DNA of 27,084 nucleotides from Deltaproteobacteria bacterium. Lineage in GTDB: Bacteria; Myxococcota_A; UBA9160; SMWR01. Below the pieces are notes generated by a model, which had not been told where the DNA came from, searched no databases, and saw only the letters and a list, made by a program, of their open reading frames with translations. Made by a program: the position numbers and the translations under genes. Location of the stretch: contig JAQBHB010000024.1 in NCBI GenBank assembly GCA_032128115.1, positions 1 through 27,084 of the forward strand, read 5' to 3'. Below, in pieces: positions 1 to 7,044 of the stretch. Within the stretch, counting starts at the first letter, position 1. Every line of letters starts with the position of its first letter.

Positions 1-27
1 GCCCAAATCAGACCGAAACCGTCGCGG

Positions 28-909
28 CTACTTGCGCATCCGCTGGCGACCGAGCAGAACGAGTCCCGCAACGCCCGAGCCCAGCAGGATCGCGAGTCCC
101 GGCTCCGGAATCGAGTGCAGGGTCAGGATCCCCCACACGGCCAGGGTCGAGCTGGGCGGATTCAAGTTGGTCACGATGAGAACCGGCGTCACGACCTGCA
201 GCACGCCCGAGATCGCGGCCGTGCTGCTGGTTCCCGAGGCCGGCCCGTGGGCGAAGCCCGCACGCGTGGGACTGTGAATGAACGTGGGCGTCATTGCGCC
301 GTTCGGCGTCTGGTTGGTGCTGACACTGGTGATCGTTGTCACACCGACGGTCCACGGCGCCGCCAGCACCGACAGCCGGAAGGCGCCGCCCGCAGCGAAC
401 GTGTTCACCGTGAAGGTGCCGCCGAGGCCGGCGCCAATCGTCCCATTGATCGTGATCGGGATCGGGAGCGGTCCCACGCAGTTTGCGAAGAGCAGGCAGA
501 TCGTGAACTGACCGCCCAGCGCCATCTTGTTGTCGCCGGCAATGGGCGGGCCGCCGGAGATGCCGCTGAGGCCATTGTCCACCCCCGGCCCGTTGGTCGG
601 GAGCGCGACATTGCCGATCAGTGTGATCAGTGTGGCGTTGTTCGGGTCGGTGAGCGGAATCGTGGCGGCGGTCGTGAGACCGCCGTTGAAGCTGATGCTG
701 CTGATGTGGCTGCCCACCGCCGATCCGTTGATCGTGGCGACCCCCGTGTCCACGCCGATCAGCGGCGGAAGCGTTCCGATGCTCAGGAACAGGGTTCCCT
801 CGTATTCGAGGACCGCGGCCTGGGCCTGGCCGGCCATACCGACTGTGACTAATAGACCGACTGCGACTAATAGACTGCCCGCTGCAATGAGACTTAATAG
901 CTTGCGCAT
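28..909 (-). CDS. PEP-CTERM sorting-domain surface protein (paralog 1), Gly/Thr/Ser-rich
   Basis: Signal peptide MRKLLSLIAAG...AQAQA. C-terminus IPEPGLAILLGSGVAGLVLLGRQRMRK = PEP + TM helix + basic tail. GGAGAG RBS precedes ATG at 909, so I prefer this start to the ORF-track start at 960. Confidence 0.92.
   Translation of the reverse strand: MRKLLSLIAAGSLLVAVGLLVTVGMAGQAQAAVLEYEGTLFLSIGTLPPLIGVDTGVATINGSAVGSHISSISFNGGLTTAATIPLTDPNNATLITLIGNVALPTNGPGVDNGLSGISGGPPIAGDNKMALGGQFTICLLFANCVGPLPIPITINGTIGAGLGGTFTVNTFAAGGAFRLSVLAAPWTVGVTTITSVSTNQTPNGAMTPTFIHSPTRAGFAHGPASGTSSTAAISGVLQVVTPVLIVTNLNPPSSTLAVWGILTLHSIPEPGLAILLGSGVAGLVLLGRQRMRK
838..875 (-). repeat. 18-bp tandem duplication in the signal-peptide coding region
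   Basis: Minus strand reads GTCTATTAGTCGCAGTCG then GTCTATTAGTCACAGTCG (1 mismatch), encoding (S/G)LLV(A/T)V twice. Confidence 0.85.
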
Positions 910-1000
910 GCTGACTCTCCTGTGGGTGGCGGGTCTCAAGCCCGCCTCGGCACTCGCCAAGAGGCCGGCCCGGGAACCAGCAGTCCCCGGTAGCTATCCA

Positions 1001-1016
1001 TGCAACTGGAGTGCCA
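1001..1016 (-). promoter_or_regulatory. sigma-54 (-24/-12) promoter of PEP-CTERM paralog 1
   Basis: Minus strand TGGCAC-TCCAG-TTGCA matches TGGCAC-N5-TTGCW exactly, about 90 nt upstream of the ATG. Confidence 0.88.
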
Positions 1017-1044
1017 GGATCTGGCCGATTCTCGGCTTTACCCT

Positions 1045-1057
1045 CAAGTACCTGATC
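1045..1057 (-). promoter_or_regulatory. candidate IHF site
   Basis: Minus strand GATCAGGTACTTG versus WATCARNNNNTTR (1 mismatch), located between the sigma-54 promoter and the upstream palindrome. Confidence 0.45.
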
Positions 1058-1108
1058 TGAAACGGATTTCTCGCGCGCTACAGCGCGGGGGACGGAAACG
1101 CTTCGAGC

Positions 1109-1132
1109 CCGACGGAAAAACTTTTCCGTCGG
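1109..1132. promoter_or_regulatory. perfect palindrome, candidate enhancer (bEBP UAS); a terminator for paralog 2 is less likely
   Basis: CCGACGGAAAA-AC-TTTTCCGTCGG has 11-bp arms and a 2-nt spacer, with no U-tract on the transcribed strand. An extra GACGGAAA half-site sits at 1091-1098. Confidence 0.55.
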
Positions 1133-1174
1133 AGTGGAAAATCCTTGGAGCGGCCCTTGCTTGTGTCGCGAGGC

Positions 1175-2014
1175 TCAGTCGCGGTAGCGACTCCGACCCA
1201 GCAGCACCAGACCGGCGACTCCCGAGCCCAACAGCAGGATCAGGCCCGGTTCCGGGATCAGGTGAAGCCTCAGGATGCCCAGGACGGCGAGCACGTTGTT
1301 GGGCGGATTCATGCTCGTGGTCACCCGCACGGGCGTGACCACCTGGATGACCCCCGAGCCGGTGGCTGTGTTGGAGGTGCCCGAAACCGGACCGTGCACG
1401 AATCCGCGAGCCGTGGCCGTCGAGGTTCCGCCGTTGTCGGTGGGGATCGAAGTGACGCTTGCGGTTCCCAGCGTCCAGGGTGCGGCCACCACCGACACCT
1501 TGAAAGCGTTCGCGGGTGAAGCGAAGGTGTTGACCGTGTACTGGCCACCCAGGCCGACGCCTTGCGTGCCGTTGATCGTGAGGGGAATCGGGATCGTAAC
1601 CCCGCAATTCGACGCAACAATGCACAGCTGCACCAGGCCGGATACCGGAATCGTCGGCGTCCCGGTCAGCGGCGCGCCGCCCGAGATACCGTTCAGCGTT
1701 CCGGTTCCCAGATTCGCCGTGGCCACCAGCGTGACCAATGTCGAGTTGTCCGGGTCGGTGAGGGGGATCGTGGCTCCACCGGTGATGCCACCCGCCACGC
1801 GAAGTGTCGACAGGTGACCGAGTCCGCCGCTGCCGTTGAGAGTGGCTACACCGGTGCCGTTGGCGACGATCGGGGCCACGGTCCCGAATTCGATGGTGAA
1901 TGTTCCATTCCACGGCAGCGTGGCGGCGCTCGCCTCGCCGGCGGCCCCCACGAAAAACATCGCGGCCACGACGACCACGACGACAGATGCGGGACGGCTC
2001 CAGAACTTGCGCAT
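1175..2014 (-). CDS. PEP-CTERM sorting-domain surface protein (paralog 2)
   Basis: Signal peptide ending ...GEASA. C-terminus IPEPGLILLLGSGVAGLVLLGRSRYRD. GAGGAG RBS. Colinear with paralog 1 (TIPLTDP, GISGG, CxxxxNC, AAPWT, GFxHGPxSGTS, QVVTPV). Confidence 0.93.
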   Translation of the reverse strand: MRKFWSRPASVVVVVVAAMFFVGAAGEASAATLPWNGTFTIEFGTVAPIVANGTGVATLNGSGGLGHLSTLRVAGGITGGATIPLTDPDNSTLVTLVATANLGTGTLNGISGGAPLTGTPTIPVSGLVQLCIVASNCGVTIPIPLTINGTQGVGLGGQYTVNTFASPANAFKVSVVAAPWTLGTASVTSIPTDNGGTSTATARGFVHGPVSGTSNTATGSGVIQVVTPVRVTTSMNPPNNVLAVLGILRLHLIPEPGLILLLGSGVAGLVLLGRSRYRD

Positions 2015-2061
2015 GGGGGTCTCCTCTCAGCCTCACGGGTGCAGCGACCCTTCATTATGCC

Positions 2062-2077
2062 TGCAACTCGGATGCCA
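2062..2077 (-). promoter_or_regulatory. sigma-54 (-24/-12) promoter of PEP-CTERM paralog 2
   Basis: Minus strand TGGCAT-CCGAG-TTGCA, about 50 nt upstream of the ATG. Confidence 0.87.
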
Positions 2078-2175
2078 GCAAAGCACAGAGCGCGGTGGGG
2101 GGGCGAATCCCTCGGAAATCCGGCGAAAGCACGCTTCCGGCGCAGGAGGTCCAGCACGTGCGGCCAGGGCCCGAG

Positions 2176-4446
2176 TCAGGGCCCGAGAGTGGCGCGAAAG
2201 CGCCGGGCTTCGGCCACCAATGCGTCGCTGGCCCCGTCGGCTCGGGCCAGGGACTCGTTCAGCGTCCGCCGGGCGGCGTCGGCATCGCCAAGTTCCGCCT
2301 GGGCCCGCGCTCGGGCCAGTCCCAGGCGCGTCTCGAGATCCGGAGACCCCGTAGGCTCGAGGCCCTCGACGACGATCAGCGCCTGTGCGGGCTCGCCGCG
2401 CGCCAGGTGCACCGTCGCCATCGCGACCGCGAGCCGGGGCTCGCGCGGCTGCCTGGCAAGGGCCAACGCCAGACGCCGCAGCGACGCCTCTTCCAGACCC
2501 CGGTTGGCCTCGGCGCCCGCCAGCCGCAGAACGGCGCTCGGGTCGTTCAGCGTGGCAGGGGACAGGGATCCGAGCAGGGCGCTTGCCGCGTCGTCGCGAC
2601 CGGCCTCGATGTGGAGGGCCGCCAGGCGCCATCCGGCTTCGCCCTCGCCCGCCTCGTGGGCACGCTGGTAGCTCGCAGCGGCCGCTGCGAGTTCCCCTTC
2701 CCGCTCGTACCAACGTCCCAGGCCGATCTGGGCCCGGGCGGAGGTGGGATCGATGTGCGCGGCCGTCTCGAAGGCCTCGGCGGCTTCCGGGTGGCGCCCC
2801 TGATCGTCCAACGCGATCCCCAGGATCACCCAGATGTCGGCCCGCCCGGGCTGGGCCCTCAGGCCCGCCCTCGCCGCCGTCACCGCCAGGGCGTAACGGC
2901 CCGCCGCGAGCGCCGCCGATGCGCGCAGCCCTTCCACTGTGGCTCCTTGCTCGCCGATGTCCCCGGAAGCGCCGACGTCCCCGGGACCGCCGATGCCCCC
3001 GGGAGCGCCGATGCCCTCGAGAGCGGCCAGCGCCTCCTCGGGCTTTCCCCGGGCCAGCTCGCTCTGGGCCAGCGACAGCTGTTGCAGCACGGCCACGCGA
3101 TCCTTGGGGTCCGCACCACCCACGCGCCCCAACTGCTCGCCGGGGGGAACCACCTGAGGCGCCAGGTACCCGAGACTCCGGAGCTGCTCCCGCTCGGCTT
3201 CCGACAGGGCGACCGGCGGCGGCGAAGCTTCCGGCGACGCGGACAGACGCGCCTCGAGAAGCGCATCCAGGCTCGCAACCCGTTCGGGCTCGAGTGCGGC
3301 CAGGTCGCGCTTCTCGGCGGGATCGGCCCGCAGGTCGTAGAGTTCGGGCCGCGGCGCCCGGATGTATTTGAATCCCCCGGCGCGCAGGCCAAGGAGCGGG
3401 CTCCAGCCCATGTCGAGTTGGGTGGCCACGGTCTCCAGATAGGCCGTGCGCACCTCGTCGTCGTCTCCGTCGATGGCCCCTCTCAGGTCCCTGCCCAGCG
3501 CACCGGGAAGCGGCCGGGCGCCCGCCATCCGCAGCAGCGTGGGCGCCACGTCGATCAGGCGCACCGGCGTCTCGACTACCCGCCCCGCCGGCACACGGGG
3601 ACCGCTCATCAGGAGCGGCACGCGCTGGGTGGCGTCGTAGATCGAGTAGGAGTGGGTCGGCTCCCCGTGCTCGCCGAGGCTCTCGCCGTGGTCGCTGGTG
3701 AGCACCACCAGCAGGCCCTCGTCGCCGCAGCGCGCCCGGATCGCGGCCAGCAGGCGCCCCAGCTGAGCGTCGACGAAGGCGATCTCGCCCTCGTAGGGCC
3801 TACTTGCGAACGCACTCGCAAAACCTGCCGGCGGGTCGTATTTCGCATGCGGATCGTAGAAGTGAACCCACAGGAAGAAGCGCCCGGGAGCATTCTCCAG
3901 CCAGGCTTCCACCGCGTCGACCACATCGTCGGCCCGGCGCTCGGCGAAGCCCACGAGCGCCGAGCGGCGCCCGACCATGTGGTCGTCGTAGACGTCGAAG
4001 CCCCGGTCCAGGCCGTAGCGGCGATCCAGGACCACCGCCCCCACGAAGCCGGCGGTGGCGTAGCCGGCGGCGCGCATGCCCTCGGCCAGGGTGGGAATCG
4101 AGGCGGGAAGCCGAAACAGCGAGTTGTGGCGCACCCCGTGTCCCGGCGGCTCGAGGCCGGTCATGAGGGACGCGTGCGATGGCAAGGTGAGCGGCGCCGG
4201 CGAGATGGCCTGCTCGAAGCGCACGCCGGACTCCGCCAGCGCGTCCATGTGCCGGGTGTGGCTCCGCCTCGCGCCGTAGCTGCCCAGGTGATCCGCACGC
4301 AGGGTGTCGATGCTGACCAGCACCACCCGGTCGGGCGGGGGGGTCTCCGGCGGCGTGCAGGCGGCGTGCAAGAGGGCGCCAAGCACACCCGCCAGACTTA
4401 GATAGACTCTCGGACAGCCTCGGAGCCTGCGACCGCGTGGTACCAG
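2176..4446 (-). CDS. Sulfatase-like (alkaline phosphatase superfamily) hydrolase/transferase with C-terminal TPRs, probable lipoprotein; start uncertain (about 4386-4446)
   Basis: Motifs IDTLRADHL, PLTLPSHASLMTG, VHFYDPH, SDHGESLGEHGE, PELYDLRADPAE, then TPRs (WVILGIALDDQGRHPEAAEAFETA). Basic plus hydrophobic N-region ending LLHAAC. The ORF-track start at 4722 overlaps the divergent gene. Confidence 0.88.
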   Translation of the reverse strand: MVPRGRRLRGCPRVYLSLAGVLGALLHAACTPPETPPPDRVVLVSIDTLRADHLGSYGARRSHTRHMDALAESGVRFEQAISPAPLTLPSHASLMTGLEPPGHGVRHNSLFRLPASIPTLAEGMRAAGYATAGFVGAVVLDRRYGLDRGFDVYDDHMVGRRSALVGFAERRADDVVDAVEAWLENAPGRFFLWVHFYDPHAKYDPPAGFASAFASRPYEGEIAFVDAQLGRLLAAIRARCGDEGLLVVLTSDHGESLGEHGEPTHSYSIYDATQRVPLLMSGPRVPAGRVVETPVRLIDVAPTLLRMAGARPLPGALGRDLRGAIDGDDDEVRTAYLETVATQLDMGWSPLLGLRAGGFKYIRAPRPELYDLRADPAEKRDLAALEPERVASLDALLEARLSASPEASPPPVALSEAEREQLRSLGYLAPQVVPPGEQLGRVGGADPKDRVAVLQQLSLAQSELARGKPEEALAALEGIGAPGGIGGPGDVGASGDIGEQGATVEGLRASAALAAGRYALAVTAARAGLRAQPGRADIWVILGIALDDQGRHPEAAEAFETAAHIDPTSARAQIGLGRWYEREGELAAAAASYQRAHEAGEGEAGWRLAALHIEAGRDDAASALLGSLSPATLNDPSAVLRLAGAEANRGLEEASLRRLALALARQPREPRLAVAMATVHLARGEPAQALIVVEGLEPTGSPDLETRLGLARARAQAELGDADAARRTLNESLARADGASDALVAEARRFRATLGP
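2953..3016. repeat. about 3.5 imperfect 18-bp tandem repeats encoding a Gly-X-Y stretch
   Basis: gccgatgtccccggaagc / gccgacgtccccgggacc / gccgatgcccccgggagc / gccgatgccc. Confidence 0.8.
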
Positions 4447-4496
4447 CCGACCGACCCGGGAAGCCGCGAGAATCTGAGATGAGCGATTACGAATCG

Positions 4497-4524
4497 TAGA
4501 CGCGCCCCGTGTCGCGCCTATAAT
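4497..4524 (+). promoter_or_regulatory. sigma-70-type promoter for the TPR lipoprotein operon
   Basis: TAGACG (4497-4502), 16 nt, then a perfect TATAAT (4519-4524) in a divergent intergenic region. TATTAT overlaps it on the minus strand. Confidence 0.6.
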
Positions 4525-4579
4525 AGCCAGCTTTTCGCGGACCTTTCGTGGGTCTCTTCCCTGCACTTCCCGGAGGTCG

Positions 4580-7033
4580 ATGCGACCGATGTCCCGATTC
4601 GAGAATCCCCCCATCCGTGACACCTGGACCCAGCCGGGTGTCGTTCCGTCCACTGTCCGCGGCCTGGCGCTCGGGGCCCTGATCTCGCTGGCACTCTTCG
4701 CACTCGCATGCGGCGGAGACATCGAGACCCGCCTCGCTGAGGTTCGCGCCCTCCAGGACGTGGGTCAGTTCAACGAGTCGATCGACGAGCTGCGCGAGAT
4801 CCTTGCGATCTCGCCGAATCTTCCCGAGGCGAACTATCGCCTGGGCGTCGCCCTCATGCAGACCGGCGAGCCGAGCCGCGCGGTATGGGCGCTCCAGAAG
4901 GCCGCCGAGTCTCCCGACTACTCCATCGTCGCAGGTCTGATGCTGGCCAGCGCGCACTACAGCATCCAGAACAACGAAGAGGCGATTCGCGCCGCGGACG
5001 CCGTGCTCGAGGTGGATCCCGAGCGCATGGTGGCGCTGCTGATCCGCGCCCAGGCGCACGTGGGGGCGATGCAGCTCGAGGAGGCCTGGGAAGACACCGA
5101 GCGTCTCGTGGAGTTGTACCCGGACGAGTACAGGGTGCGTGCGCTCCAGGCGACGGTGCTGGCGGATCTGGACCGCCTGGACGAGTCCGAGGAGGCGACC
5201 TACCTGCTCAAGGAGATGGGCGCCGCCAGCGGCGATCCGGAGCTCGAGACCCGTTCGTGCCTGGCCCCCGCCTACTTCGTCCAGGAACACCGCAAGGACG
5301 TAAAAAAGGCGGAAGAGATCTACCGCGAGTGCCTGGTCAAGTACCCGAACGACTCGTTCACGATCGGCCAGGCCATGAAGTTCTTCGACCGGATTGACAA
5401 GCCCGACGAGGCGACCGACCTGATCCGGCGGTCGGTGGAAGCCGCGCCCGAGGCCCTGGCCCTGCGCTCGAATCTCGCCACCCGCCTCACCAACGCCGGC
5501 GATCTGGAAGGCGCCGAGGCCGTGTTGATGGAGGCCGCCGAGAGCTTCGGCTCGGCGGCTGCCTGGAACATGCTCACCACTTTCTACCGGCGCTCCGGCG
5601 ACTCCGCGAAGGCGCTCGCGGCCCTCGAGAAGGTGATCGAGCTGAGCGGAGGCGGCAGCGACCAGCTGCGCTTCACCCAGGCCGACGTGCTCGTGGACCT
5701 GGGAGATCTCGATCGCGCCGAAGAAGTGGCCGCTACGCTGAAGGAGCCCACCTACGCGCGCCTGATCCGAGGCCGCATCCTGCTGGAGCGAGGCGATGCG
5801 GCCGCGGCACTGGAGGCCTTCGACGCCGGCATCCGCCATTGGCCGAACAACGCCGGCGCCCGCTACCTGGCGGGGCTGGCCGCGCGCGAGCTCGGCGACT
5901 ACGAGCGGGCGATTTCGGAGCTGCGTGAGGCCATCCGCGCCGACTCCGGCGCCACCGACGCCGCCCTGCTGCTCGCGCACATCTACTACGAACGCGGCGA
6001 ATACAAGCCCGCGGTCAATTTCGCGAACAGCTACGTGAAGACCCCGGCACGGCCCGAGAAGGACCAGGCCTACGTCGTGGGAATCCGGGCCCTGACCGCA
6101 GACAAAGATTACGTGCGCGCGCGCAAGACCGCCGAGATCCTGAAGGAATACACCGACAACCCATCGGTGTGGGTGCTCGAGTTCGCGCGCATCGACCGGG
6201 CCGAAAACGGTTCGGAGGTGGCACTGGCCACCATCAATGCCAGTGGTCTGGAGCTGGCGGATGCCGCCTACGAGCCACTGTTCCGGTACTGGGCCGAAGT
6301 GCTCATCGAGCTCGGGCGCACCGAGGTGGCCCTGGCCAAGATCGATGAGAAGCTGGCACGAGACCCGGACGTCTCGGCGAACCACGAGATCCGGGCGAGC
6401 CTGCTGGCCGAGCTCGGCCGGACGGATGAGGCGAGGCCCGAGTTCGAGAGGGCCGTCGAGCTGGATCCCGAGAACGCGGCGGCCCTGGGCGGCCTCGCGA
6501 CCCTGGCGGCCCGCGGCGGCGATCTTGGGGCGGGAGTGAAGGGCTTCGACCAGGCGGCGCAGTTTGCGCGTGGGGAGCCCAACTACGCCTACTCGGCCGC
6601 ACAGCTCACCCTGGCCAGCGGTGACAAGGCGGGCGCCGAGCAGCGCCTGCGCAAGATCGTCCGCCGCTCGCCCGGACACGCCGGCGCCCGCAACGACCTG
6701 GCCTGGTTGTTGGCGGAGAAGAAGGAAGACCTGGATCTCGCCCTGTCGCTCGCCGAGGAGGCGCGGCGCATGGATTCCTCGCCCGACATCCTGGACACGC
6801 TCGGCTACGTGCACCTGCAACGCGGCGAGTCCGCGGCGGCGGTGGCGGCGCTGGAGCTGGCCGTCGAGGCCGAGGATTCCCCGTCGATCCGGTATCGGCT
6901 GGGCACCGCCTTGAACCAGACCGGCGATTCGGAGCGCGCCCGTCTGATGCTGAAGGCGGCACTGGACCAGGGATCCGCATTCCCCGAACGCGAGGCCGCG
7001 CGCCGCGAGCTCGCGGCGCTCGAGAGGCCATAG
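4580..7033 (+). CDS. TPR-repeat lipoprotein, PrsT-like (PEP-CTERM system associated)
   Basis: GGAGG RBS; lipobox LFALAC; TPRs throughout. C-terminal ARNDLAWLLAE...DLALSLAEEA...ILDTLGYVHL...IRYRLGTAL pattern is typical of PrsT-type proteins. Alternative ATG at 4589. Confidence 0.85.
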   Translation: MRPMSRFENPPIRDTWTQPGVVPSTVRGLALGALISLALFALACGGDIETRLAEVRALQDVGQFNESIDELREILAISPNLPEANYRLGVALMQTGEPSRAVWALQKAAESPDYSIVAGLMLASAHYSIQNNEEAIRAADAVLEVDPERMVALLIRAQAHVGAMQLEEAWEDTERLVELYPDEYRVRALQATVLADLDRLDESEEATYLLKEMGAASGDPELETRSCLAPAYFVQEHRKDVKKAEEIYRECLVKYPNDSFTIGQAMKFFDRIDKPDEATDLIRRSVEAAPEALALRSNLATRLTNAGDLEGAEAVLMEAAESFGSAAAWNMLTTFYRRSGDSAKALAALEKVIELSGGGSDQLRFTQADVLVDLGDLDRAEEVAATLKEPTYARLIRGRILLERGDAAAALEAFDAGIRHWPNNAGARYLAGLAARELGDYERAISELREAIRADSGATDAALLLAHIYYERGEYKPAVNFANSYVKTPARPEKDQAYVVGIRALTADKDYVRARKTAEILKEYTDNPSVWVLEFARIDRAENGSEVALATINASGLELADAAYEPLFRYWAEVLIELGRTEVALAKIDEKLARDPDVSANHEIRASLLAELGRTDEARPEFERAVELDPENAAALGGLATLAARGGDLGAGVKGFDQAAQFARGEPNYAYSAAQLTLASGDKAGAEQRLRKIVRRSPGHAGARNDLAWLLAEKKEDLDLALSLAEEARRMDSSPDILDTLGYVHLQRGESAAAVAALELAVEAEDSPSIRYRLGTALNQTGDSERARLMLKAALDQGSAFPEREAARRELAALERP

Positions 7034-7044
7034 GAGCGACCGCC

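Noticed and set aside
2953..3016. Short repeats as a possible CRISPR array (also 838-875 and 24056-24096)
   Set aside because: They are tandem, in-frame, spacer-less coding repeats, and there are no cas genes.
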